From NCBI GenBank assembly GCA_002433485.1, contig DJIF01000054.1, positions 1,158 through 65,157 of the forward strand: DNA of 64,000 bases, written 5' to 3'. The DNA is from Deltaproteobacteria bacterium UBA6601 (lineage in GTDB: Bacteria; Myxococcota_A; UBA796; UBA9615). Each line of letters begins with the position of its first letter. Positions within the stretch are counted from its first letter, which is position 1. Below, one piece after another: positions 50,959 through 59,631 of the stretch. The notes below the pieces were generated by a model. It had not been told where the DNA came from, searched no databases, and worked only from the letters and a program-made list of their open reading frames with translations. Both the position numbers and the translations under genes were made by a program.

Positions 50959-51282
50959 ATGATTCGCCATATGTCCATCGCAGCCCTGCTTTCCTTGCTG
51001 TGGGGCTGTTCGCCCTGCGCCAGCAGTTGCAGCGCGCAAAGCCGAGTGTTCGAGCAGTGCCTCGACAACTGGAATCTGGAATGGACTGACCTCGGCGCGC
51101 TGGACGCGGATGACTATCGCGACCGCTGCTCAGACGACCATCAGCTCCGCCTCAGCGCCGCCAATGAAGAGCAAGCCAGCGAACAACGCAGCGGCTGCAG
51201 CGCGCTGGCCGATGCACTGCGCCTTGAGGACAACTGCGATGAGGCCTGGCAGACCCTGATCAACTCAGGCGCCGCGCCCTGA
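50959..51282 (+). CDS. Small Cys-rich lipoprotein
   Basis: MIRHMSIAALLSLLWGC lipobox followed by six more Cys in about 90 aa; fills the gap between two minus-strand genes. Confidence 0.65.
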   Translation: MIRHMSIAALLSLLWGCSPCASSCSAQSRVFEQCLDNWNLEWTDLGALDADDYRDRCSDDHQLRLSAANEEQASEQRSGCSALADALRLEDNCDEAWQTLINSGAAP

Positions 51283-53389
51283 GCCCTCCGAGTAGACCCA
51301 GCAGAGCAAGTAAGACTGCTGGAGCACTGGCGGTGCCCCCTGCAGCAAAGCTGCAGTTCTGCCCCTCACCCGAGGTAGCTACCACCGGATTGTAAGCAGT
51401 CGTCACATCCTGGCTGAGCAGTACATTGCCAAAGCCCGAAGCGCTCTGGCCCCTGGAGTCGGTTACGGTCACCATGATCGAGGGGAAGCGCTGAAGATAA
51501 GCGGCACGATTCTCATCAGTGTCGGCAGGTGCATTCCAGAATACCGACGGACCGTTGGCCGGCTCATCGAAGAAGCCATCCATGTCAGTCTGCCACTCGT
51601 AAGTCAGGTTTTCATCAGACGAGATGACCAGGACCTCTGCTCTAAGTCTGGAGCCCAGCTCGACCTGAAAGCGATCGGTGAGGACACCGCCAATGATCCG
51701 CGGAGGAGCCCACTGATCAAGACAGTCGTTGTCGATGGTGCCATCACAGTCATTATCGAGCTCGTCACACCACTCCACGGCCCCCAGGAAGACCCCGGCA
51801 GACTCATCGTCACAGTCACCGACGGCTTCCGTCTGGCCGTCGCCATCATCATCAAAGAAAGTGGTGCCCTCATCGGTGGTGCCATTGCAGTTGTCATCAA
51901 TAAAGTTGAGCCCTTCGGCAGCTTCGGGATGAATCGAGAAGCCGTCGGGGAGGCCATCGTTGTCACGATCCACCGAGCTATCGTTGCAATCACCAAAAGG
52001 CGCGGCTGCCAGACCTGAGCACACCGCCCCTCCAACCGCGGGCCCCTGGCCCAAACAGATGGTGTCGTGCTCGCAATAGCCATCACAGTCGTCGTCCCAG
52101 ACCACAGTCTGCTCATCAATGATGCCGTTGCAGTTGTTGTCGTAGCCATCCATGGCCTCGACCGCCTGAGGGAAGACCCCGGCGTTGTTCTCATCGCAAT
52201 CCCCTTGATTGGGGTCGAAGCCATCGCCATCTACATCCTGTGCAGAGAGCGGAAAGTCCACCGCCGCAACAAAGGAGTCAAAGCCCCACAGCTGGCAGCC
52301 ATCAGTCACCCGGATAGACAGCGGCTGAAGGCCGGTCGGGATGGGAGGTGAGTGATCGTCGATATCAATGGCAAAGGTGACAAAGCCGTTCTCGTCCGGG
52401 AAGCCATTCTCAATGAGCAGTCCGCCCAGGAACAGCTCCACATACAGCGAGTCCGGCGGCTGCTCCTGATCAAAGACCCGAACGGTCAACTCAAGCTCCT
52501 GCCACTGATGATAGAAGCTGGCCTCAACGGGACTAACCACCTCAACGGAAGGCGGCGTACAGTTGATGGCACTCTCCCCATTGCCCAACAGGAAGACGGT
52601 GAACTCAGGGCGCACCGGATCAGATGTCTGGATGTTGAGCTGAGCGGAAACGGCCTGCAGGTTGAGCGGCGCAAACGATAGATCAAAGAACGCCGCCGAA
52701 CCCGGCACAATGGGAGTGGCGAGGAGAACGTCCTCCACCTCACTGTGCCAGTCACAATCACCCATGGAAGCACCGGGGCAGGTAATAGAAAAAGCCGGCT
52801 GTGACTCCGACTGAATCAGCTCCACCGCAGTGATGTAGAGGTCAGCATCACCGAGATTTCGTAGCTCCAGACTGCGACGACTCTCGACGCCCAGGAACTG
52901 AAAGCCCCAATCTACGATGTTGGCCGAGACCCTGGCTTCGGGTCCGCCACTGGCCTGACGGCCGATGAAAGCGACACTTTTCTCCGCCTCGTCAGGGTCA
53001 TCGGAGAAGATCTCCATAGCGGCAAAGGTGTCCTGACTATCTGAAGCCACATAGAGCACCTCAATAACAGCGTGCTCGTGCGGCTCGATAGTGCTGGGAA
53101 TGCTCTCCGGCAGGATGCTCCAGTTGGGGTCACTCTGATGGTTGAGGGAAACCTCCTCAACAAACAGGGCGCGGTCTCCCGCGTTGTGGACAAAGACCTC
53201 AGAGACAACCTCGGTACCGGCAGGCAGCAGACCCACCTCAATGAGCCGATCCGGGACATAAATATCCTGAAATTCAATGCGGGTGCTCGACGTGTAGGTG
53301 GTTCCCGCTGTGGGGTCTACCTCAGAGCCGCAACCCCAGGTCAGGACGGCGAACACGGACAAAAACGACAAACAAGCAATGCTGCGCAT
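51260..53389 (-). CDS. Surface protein: lipobox, two ASH/choice-of-anchor-D-like Ig domains, three MopE-type Cys/Asp repeats, C-terminal MYXO-CTERM-like tail
   Basis: MRSIACL...LTWGC; NAGDRAL...SDDPDE and NLGDADL...TSDP; DxDGDG...GDCD...DNNCNG repeats; NCS...VLLALLGLLGGLRARRLS. Confidence 0.78.
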   Translation of the reverse strand: MRSIACLSFLSVFAVLTWGCGSEVDPTAGTTYTSSTRIEFQDIYVPDRLIEVGLLPAGTEVVSEVFVHNAGDRALFVEEVSLNHQSDPNWSILPESIPSTIEPHEHAVIEVLYVASDSQDTFAAMEIFSDDPDEAEKSVAFIGRQASGGPEARVSANIVDWGFQFLGVESRRSLELRNLGDADLYITAVELIQSESQPAFSITCPGASMGDCDWHSEVEDVLLATPIVPGSAAFFDLSFAPLNLQAVSAQLNIQTSDPVRPEFTVFLLGNGESAINCTPPSVEVVSPVEASFYHQWQELELTVRVFDQEQPPDSLYVELFLGGLLIENGFPDENGFVTFAIDIDDHSPPIPTGLQPLSIRVTDGCQLWGFDSFVAAVDFPLSAQDVDGDGFDPNQGDCDENNAGVFPQAVEAMDGYDNNCNGIIDEQTVVWDDDCDGYCEHDTICLGQGPAVGGAVCSGLAAAPFGDCNDSSVDRDNDGLPDGFSIHPEAAEGLNFIDDNCNGTTDEGTTFFDDDGDGQTEAVGDCDDESAGVFLGAVEWCDELDNDCDGTIDNDCLDQWAPPRIIGGVLTDRFQVELGSRLRAEVLVISSDENLTYEWQTDMDGFFDEPANGPSVFWNAPADTDENRAAYLQRFPSIMVTVTDSRGQSASGFGNVLLSQDVTTAYNPVVATSGEGQNCSFAAGGTASAPAVLLALLGLLGGLRARRLS

Positions 53390-53493
53390 AGAACCCAACC
53401 CAGGAGAGGAACCAAGGCTCAATCTAACAACGCCCCCCTTCAGCGTCCACCGGCCCTTTATGCCCGACTTGAGCCGGGACAACGACCCTCCTG

Positions 53494-54234
53494 TCAAGGC
53501 GATGCAAGCCGCAGCGACAGAGTGTAACCGCTGGGCCGCTCATGATGACAAGCAACCGCAACAACGATGGTAGCGCTGGCGTCGACAGCAAGCGCTCGGT
53601 CCAACTGTTCCGGGTGCGCAAGGGAGAAGCCGTCGTCATTGACCACCTGTCCCAACAGCAAGGACTCCCCATCAAAGATCACAAAGTCTAAATCCGACTC
53701 CAGGGACCAGGCCTCATCAGGTCGGTCGGGAAGATAGGGAGCATTGGCGCCGTCGGCCGGGCTATTATCCCAAGCCAGCGAGACCAACAGCCAGCCGCGC
53801 TCCTCCACGGTCAGAGCGTAGTAATCGACATCCCCTGCGTACCAGCCCTGAACCCGTGACATGTACTCCCCTGACGGGCCGAGGGCTTGGTGCTCCGGCC
53901 AGGAGAACTGCGCCGAAGAAGGGTCGAAGCCGCACGACGACGCGACCCCTCGAATCCGCACCTCCGATGGATAAGGAAGCGGCGCCAGTTCCTGAACTCC
54001 ATCATCCACGATGGTGACATCTTCAAGCAAATCGACAATCACAGGCTCGTGCGCAACTGGCTTGTCTGGTTCCAGGTGGAGATAGAGAGGCCAACCCTCA
54101 CAGCCCACCAGGAAGAGCATGGGAAGAATCGCTACAGAGCCGAGCAGGGCAGCGGGCAGGCCGCCAGACAGAGAGCGGCCCGCGAGGTGCAGAGCACCGG
54201 CTAAACCTCTAACCCGAGAGCGCAGAAAAGACAT
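53494..54234 (-). CDS. Lipoprotein with PPC-like beta-sandwich domain
   Basis: Lipobox LVGC; GDVDYYAL...LLVSLAW...DLDFVIF...YTLSL. Confidence 0.65.
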   Translation of the reverse strand: MSFLRSRVRGLAGALHLAGRSLSGGLPAALLGSVAILPMLFLVGCEGWPLYLHLEPDKPVAHEPVIVDLLEDVTIVDDGVQELAPLPYPSEVRIRGVASSCGFDPSSAQFSWPEHQALGPSGEYMSRVQGWYAGDVDYYALTVEERGWLLVSLAWDNSPADGANAPYLPDRPDEAWSLESDLDFVIFDGESLLLGQVVNDDGFSLAHPEQLDRALAVDASATIVVAVACHHERPSGYTLSLRLASP

Positions 54235-54333
54235 CGGTCAACAAGTATAACAGCGCCCTGTGCGTGCCCTCAGAGCCCATGGAGTACACTGCTTGCTGGT
54301 ACTCCACGTAAATCTGGCACGGGACCGGCAGCC

Positions 54334-56427
54334 ATGAGCAACATCAAGGACTCCATAAAGGGGCTGTTCTCGCAGGTTTTTGGCCGGGCGGACTTCGCCG
54401 AGGTTCTGGAAGACCGTTGGGAATACTCGGAGACCTTTGAGGGCGAGATGATCTCGGCCCAACTGCCCGCGGCCAGGCGCCGCAACAAGGCCCCAGCGCC
54501 GGTTGCACCTACCGCCGAGATGCAGCAGAGTCCAAACCCCTTCAACGAGACGGTCGAGTCTCAGCGGGAGCCGACCGAGACCGTACCGGAGAGCGCCTGC
54601 CTTGAACCTGTAGCAGCCCCGGCCCAGACCCTCCCGGATAGCAACTCCGTCGGCGCCCATGCCCAACCGGTCGAGACCCTCCCCGACAGCACGCAGGTCC
54701 AGCCCGGTCCGCCCGGACCGGGCCCGCTTCCGAAAAATGCCCCGGCCAAAGATCCTGAACCTGCTGCAGCCAAGCAGCAGCAGCCGGCACCACCGCCGCG
54801 ACGGCTGCAGGCCAGTCGGCCCAAGCCGCTGCGGCTTGAGCCCTCGACCGGCTCTCGCGCCGCAGCCGTTCCAACCGGGCAGGCAACGCCGGCAAGCAAG
54901 ACTCCGGTCCTAACCAACTCACTCAACACCGACAACCTGATCGCGCAGATCGCCTTCGATTCGCCCAATGACATCTATCCGGACACCGCGCAAGGCCAGA
55001 GCGCCCTTTCTGGTGACGTACCTAGCCTGTCCCCAGAGTCTGAGCTGGGCGCTATTCTGGACGGACTGCAAACCACTGCAGTACTCCACAAGGCGAAGCG
55101 GAATCAGCGAAAAAAAAATGGACCTAAAGGCTCTGCAGCGCCGCTGCTGCTGGTCCAGCGCAAGGAGTCAAAAGAACAACAACCTGCAGCACCGCCCCAT
55201 CCCGACGATGAGTTCCGTAGCGAGGCTTCCACCCACAGCAGTCGCAACCTGAATCTACCCGACGAGGAAGAAGACAAAGAGACTCAGACTCACATCGTCC
55301 GCAGCGCCCGCACCCGCTCCCCGACGCTTGTCATCGCCTACGAAGACCATGCGCCCCTGAGTTCCCACGACTACGGTGTGCTTCCGCCGCCACCGAGCGA
55401 AGCGATCAATCGCTCCCTTATTGAGCGCGTGCAGTTCAACCTGCAGCGCGATCTTGAGAGCCTATCCTCACAAAAAGAAGAGGACATCGTCGAGTTGCTA
55501 CTGGAAGCACTCGACAATCCCCAGGTCGATCTCCCTCCCTTCCCCGCTGCTGCACGAAAGCTACTGAGCGGCGGTGTGGAAGGCCCCAAAGACGATGACA
55601 TTCTAGATGCCGTCAAGTCCGACCCGGGCCTGGCGGGAAGCGTCATCAGGGCCGCCAACTCACCGTTCTATATGGCAGCTGCGCCGGTTGCCTCGCTGGG
55701 ATCGGCAGTCGTTCGCATCGGTCTTAAAGAGGTTCGCCGGGTCGCGCTTGCGGCGGCGATGGCCTCATCCTTTGACGTAAAGGGCTTTGAAGTCCTCATC
55801 GACTCAGCGCACCTGCACAGCCTGACCACCGGAACCAGCGCTGAAGCGCTCGCTGACACCTTCTCTGTCGAACCTGGAGTAGCCTTTCTGTCCGGACTGC
55901 TGCACAACGCTGGAGAGCTACTTACTTATCGCCTCCTGAACCAAAGCTACAACAGCACAGAGGAGGCCCCCTGGCACGACCGGCTGAACTTCGTAAGGGA
56001 ACTCGCCGTCAAGTACCACTGCTACCTCGGCGCGCTCTTCATTGAGCCGTGGGACCTGCCTCCCCAGCTACAGGCCAGCCTGGTCTATCACCATCACCCG
56101 TACATGGCGAACGAGGACAACGAAGACCTGGCGTCCCTTATGCATGTCGCCAATGCCATCGCAGAGTTGGCCACCAAACATGCCCGCAGCGACATCTGGC
56201 GCGAATACATCAACCGCTTAGAGAAACAACGCGACGCAACCGACGGTTCGCGCAGTTCAGCAGGCGTCGACGGAGTAGAACTGATTTCCCTGGGTGAGGT
56301 GCTCGAAATGCTTCCACCAGGCTTCTCCAAGCAGCGGGTGCATCGACTGCTTCGCGACATCCTGCTGCGCGTGGCGGCAAGCCCACTGACCGATAGTCAA
56401 GATGCCGCAGCTGCCACCCAGTATTGA
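54334..56427 (+). CDS. HDOD domain signalling protein with long Pro/Gln-rich disordered N-terminus
   Basis: LPPFP, DPGLAGSVIRAANSPFY, AVVRIG, HSL, FLSGLLHNAG, WDLP, HH. Confidence 0.88.
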   Translation: MSNIKDSIKGLFSQVFGRADFAEVLEDRWEYSETFEGEMISAQLPAARRRNKAPAPVAPTAEMQQSPNPFNETVESQREPTETVPESACLEPVAAPAQTLPDSNSVGAHAQPVETLPDSTQVQPGPPGPGPLPKNAPAKDPEPAAAKQQQPAPPPRRLQASRPKPLRLEPSTGSRAAAVPTGQATPASKTPVLTNSLNTDNLIAQIAFDSPNDIYPDTAQGQSALSGDVPSLSPESELGAILDGLQTTAVLHKAKRNQRKKNGPKGSAAPLLLVQRKESKEQQPAAPPHPDDEFRSEASTHSSRNLNLPDEEEDKETQTHIVRSARTRSPTLVIAYEDHAPLSSHDYGVLPPPPSEAINRSLIERVQFNLQRDLESLSSQKEEDIVELLLEALDNPQVDLPPFPAAARKLLSGGVEGPKDDDILDAVKSDPGLAGSVIRAANSPFYMAAAPVASLGSAVVRIGLKEVRRVALAAAMASSFDVKGFEVLIDSAHLHSLTTGTSAEALADTFSVEPGVAFLSGLLHNAGELLTYRLLNQSYNSTEEAPWHDRLNFVRELAVKYHCYLGALFIEPWDLPPQLQASLVYHHHPYMANEDNEDLASLMHVANAIAELATKHARSDIWREYINRLEKQRDATDGSRSSAGVDGVELISLGEVLEMLPPGFSKQRVHRLLRDILLRVAASPLTDSQDAAAATQY

Positions 56428-57412
56428 CTCAATTCGCTGGGTACCCGGCCAGGGCAACCACGTAGAGTCCTTCTTTCTCAAGGCCAACAACCCCAAGCGT
56501 CCTGAGCAGGCCTTCTGGCTGAAGTTCACCCTCCTTGACCCCGGCAGTTCCGGCACTGCTCTGGCCGAAGTCTGGGCAATCCGCTTTGCTGCCGCGGGGG
56601 GACCCCACCAGGCGGCAAAACTGAGTCGGCCAGCCTCACAGGCCCAGCTGTCAAGCAGCCAAATCGGCTTCCTGCTCGGAGACTGCCAGCTCCAGCCGGG
56701 CCAGACCCAAGGCCGAGTCCTGGGCAGAGAAATGGAAATCTCATGGGACCTACAGTTCGATTACCGCAATCAACGGGTCATGTATGGACTTCCGCACCGG
56801 TGGATGTACGACGCGGCCTTCCCCCGTAACAAGGTCTACAGCTCCTGCCCCAACACCAGGTTCCGAGGTCGGTTCACCGTGGCGGACGAAAATTGGGAGG
56901 TCAAAGACTGGCCAGGAATGCTGGGGCACAACTGGGGCAAAGCTCACAACCCACGCTACCACTGGGCCCAATGCAACCTCTTCGAGCCGGAGGACTGCGT
57001 CTTCGAAGCCTGGTCAGCGCGCATTCAGTTGGGACCCTGGCTGAGTCCATGGCTGACTGGCGCCACAGCTCGCCTGGATGGCGAGGAGCTGAGCTTCAAC
57101 GCGGTACACAAGGTGCTCAACCGTTCTCTGCGCTTCAGTCCTCTGAATTGGTCTTTTGAGACCCAACATCAGGACTGGCGCCTGCGCTGGCAGGTCAGCG
57201 CTCCAGCGGCGGACTTCGCTGGGCTTCGCTACCTCAACCCAGATGGGCAACAAAATTTCTGTCTCAACTCCAAGATCGCCAGCTGTCGGCTCGAGCTGTG
57301 GAACAGACAAGGGGGGCGCTGGCAACCGCGCGCACAGCTCAAGGGAGAGCGTAGCTGTGCCTACGAGATCCTGGTTCCCGACAACCCATTCGACATTCCG
57401 ATCCTCGCCTGA
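56402..57412 (+). CDS. Hypothetical protein, tocopherol-cyclase/AttH-like beta fold
   Basis: ESFFL...FWLKFT, ISWDL, GMLGHNWG, YHWAQCN, Y.NPDG..C.NS; Trp-rich. Family call is from pattern resemblance. Confidence 0.5.
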   Translation: MPQLPPSIDSIRWVPGQGNHVESFFLKANNPKRPEQAFWLKFTLLDPGSSGTALAEVWAIRFAAAGGPHQAAKLSRPASQAQLSSSQIGFLLGDCQLQPGQTQGRVLGREMEISWDLQFDYRNQRVMYGLPHRWMYDAAFPRNKVYSSCPNTRFRGRFTVADENWEVKDWPGMLGHNWGKAHNPRYHWAQCNLFEPEDCVFEAWSARIQLGPWLSPWLTGATARLDGEELSFNAVHKVLNRSLRFSPLNWSFETQHQDWRLRWQVSAPAADFAGLRYLNPDGQQNFCLNSKIASCRLELWNRQGGRWQPRAQLKGERSCAYEILVPDNPFDIPILA

Positions 57413-57446
57413 GCCCCCCCTTCAGGCTCAGCTCGGGCGACTAGCA

Positions 57447-58760
57447 CTACTCTCCTGAGTCCGGTGAACTAAGCGGGGCGGATCCCGGCCAGCGAGGCGG
57501 GACCGGCTCAAACAGCTGGTACGGGAAGCCGCAGCAAAGGGATGGACCCAGATGGGGCCAGCTGCTTGGGTCCTGAGGCATTGGCCCCATGGCAAGGCCA
57601 CCGGCCTGACGCTCCACCCGCGCGGCTTCAATCATCCGATCCACTCGAACAGAAGCCTCCTGCCAGCGGCAGCTCTGCCACAGGCTGTGGAACGCGAACA
57701 GCAGCAACAGCAAGCCGACCAGCAGGTAAGTGCGCCGCATTCCAACGACATGGCCTGGCGCGCGTCCCAGGCGCTGCTCCATGACCGCTGCCCAACAGTA
57801 AGAAGCGCCAACACTGGGCAGCAACAGATACCACTGGCCGCCATCATTGGGCAGAACATGGAGCACCGGCAGCACGGCCAGAAACGTCAGGCCAAGGCCC
57901 AAAGCCCAGAGCCTGGCGATCACCCGCCAGCCCAGCAACAGAAAGGGAAGGACAAAGGCCACGGCAACCAACAGCCCCAGCTGATCGCCTGGCCGACTCA
58001 AGGCCCCCAGGGGCTGATACAGCGGCGCAAAGAGTTGAACAATGTAGAGCGGCAGCCACAACAGGCCAGCCAGCAGCCCATCCAGGGAGGGCCAATAAGA
58101 AGCGGCAACCTCGGCCCTCATCACGGTAAGAGCAAACAGAGGCGCAAGCAGCAGAGCGGCCAGCAGAGCGGCCAGCCAGCGCTGGTTGACCGAACGAGGC
58201 GACAGCCAGGCCGACCAAAGCAACATGGGCAACACCGCGATCCCAGTCTCTTTGAAGAGCACCGCGATCCCGGCCAACAGTGCTGAGAGAACCGATCTAC
58301 CGCGTCCCTGAGCCAGGAGGGATGCGGTCACCGCAAGTCCCATAAGCAGATCTGCTCGGGCCGCTACCCACCCGGCACTGGCAACATGTACACCGTGGAC
58401 GGCAAAAAACGCGGTGCCGAGCTGGGCAGCCGGCCACGAGAAACTTTGCTGCATCCAGCTTCGTGCCACAAAGACAAGAATCAGGTACAGGCCCAGATTG
58501 ATGGCATGGGAGATATAAGGTGGAGACCCCGCATCCAGCCAGAACGCATAGGTCGATAGCGGCCGAAAACTTCCGCTACCGCCGATAGGAAGCTGAAATG
58601 GCGCCCATGGGTCAAGGGCGACAAACTTCCGCGCCTCATAAAACAGCACCCGCTCGTCCGCCAACAGGGGTGCTCCCAACAAGGGAACAAGGGGCAGAAC
58701 CGCCATTGCAGCAATGAGCAGATGGGTGAATTGTAGCTGTCGCGGACCGGGCTGATACAA
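57447..58760 (-). CDS. GT-C-fold integral membrane glycosyltransferase (TMTC/PMT-like)
   Basis: LLADE loop, FRPL, HAINL, FAVHGVHV...WVAARADLL, FKETG, many TM helices, late YLLLPS; start inferred at TTG 58760 with GGAG. Confidence 0.7.
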   Translation of the reverse strand: MYQPGPRQLQFTHLLIAAMAVLPLVPLLGAPLLADERVLFYEARKFVALDPWAPFQLPIGGSGSFRPLSTYAFWLDAGSPPYISHAINLGLYLILVFVARSWMQQSFSWPAAQLGTAFFAVHGVHVASAGWVAARADLLMGLAVTASLLAQGRGRSVLSALLAGIAVLFKETGIAVLPMLLWSAWLSPRSVNQRWLAALLAALLLAPLFALTVMRAEVAASYWPSLDGLLAGLLWLPLYIVQLFAPLYQPLGALSRPGDQLGLLVAVAFVLPFLLLGWRVIARLWALGLGLTFLAVLPVLHVLPNDGGQWYLLLPSVGASYCWAAVMEQRLGRAPGHVVGMRRTYLLVGLLLLLFAFHSLWQSCRWQEASVRVDRMIEAARVERQAGGLAMGPMPQDPSSWPHLGPSLCCGFPYQLFEPVPPRWPGSAPLSSPDSGE

Positions 58761-58848
58761 AATTGCTCCCACCGGGCTGAAATGCTGGCCTCGGTAGGTA
58801 CAATACTCCGCCTCAGCGCAGGCCCCAGTACAGCTTCCCGGAGTTCCC

Positions 58849-59631
58849 ATGGCCACCGTGCCCCGCGTATGCGACACCTTAGAAATAGAGCGAATTGCCA
58901 ACGAGCCGGCCGAATACGCGATCCGTAACCGCCAAGGTGAGGAGCTGGGCAAGGTCACCGAAGAGGGCTATTACCTGCTCCTTCAGTTAGATGGAATTTC
59001 GACCCTTAATGCCATCCGCGAGCGGCTCAAAGAGCGTTTCGGCAAGAGTTCCTCAGCAGCCGACCTTGAGTCCTGGTTCGCTGAGCTCGGGCAGGCGGGA
59101 GTGCTGAACACCAACGAGCGCGCCTTACGCATCCTCACCTACCTCAGAGAACAGGGCATCAGCTATCGGGGTAGCAGCGCCGACCGGCGCGGCTCGAAAG
59201 ATACTCCCCTTACGGATCGACGCGAAGAAGGCCGCCGGGACCAAGCCTCGGCCGCGGCAGCTTGGTTTGACTACGGAATCTTCCTGCTGAACGATGGCAT
59301 GCTGGAGCAAGGCGTGGACGTCTTCGAGCGGCTGAGCCAGAGCCAGCAGGGCGACGTTCGAATCCACGAGATCATCTCCCACCTTCGCTTCTTGACCAAG
59401 AGCGAAGATGTGCCTGATCTCTCCGAAGATCGACGCGATGTCTCCTGGGAAGCCTTTGACGCTGCCCTGCGAGAGATGCTCGATCAGGGCGCCTGCCCAC
59501 GCTGCGATCTTCCCATTGAGATTGAACTCGGCGCCACCAATCGCTGTCACTACTGTGGCGCCTCCTTCAGCAGCTACGTGCTGGGTCGCGCAGGCCAAGA
59601 CCGGCGCCAGGGCAAACCCGCAGCTGACTGA
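58849..59631 (+). CDS. PqqD/RRE-like wHTH + DRR motifs + TPR-like helix pair + C-terminal zinc ribbon
   Basis: LLQLDG..TL..I..RL...F......DL..W..EL...GVL (PqqD-like); DRR four times; WFDYGIFLL..G.LEQGVDVF (TPR-like); CPRC-x14-CHYC. Confidence 0.65.
   Translation: MATVPRVCDTLEIERIANEPAEYAIRNRQGEELGKVTEEGYYLLLQLDGISTLNAIRERLKERFGKSSSAADLESWFAELGQAGVLNTNERALRILTYLREQGISYRGSSADRRGSKDTPLTDRREEGRRDQASAAAAWFDYGIFLLNDGMLEQGVDVFERLSQSQQGDVRIHEIISHLRFLTKSEDVPDLSEDRRDVSWEAFDAALREMLDQGACPRCDLPIEIELGATNRCHYCGASFSSYVLGRAGQDRRQGKPAAD

Noticed and set aside
58761..58958. Overlap of GT-C ORF N-terminus with the PqqD-like gene
   Set aside because: Artefact of longest-ORF calling; a downstream TTG with RBS (58760) gives a normal divergent arrangement.
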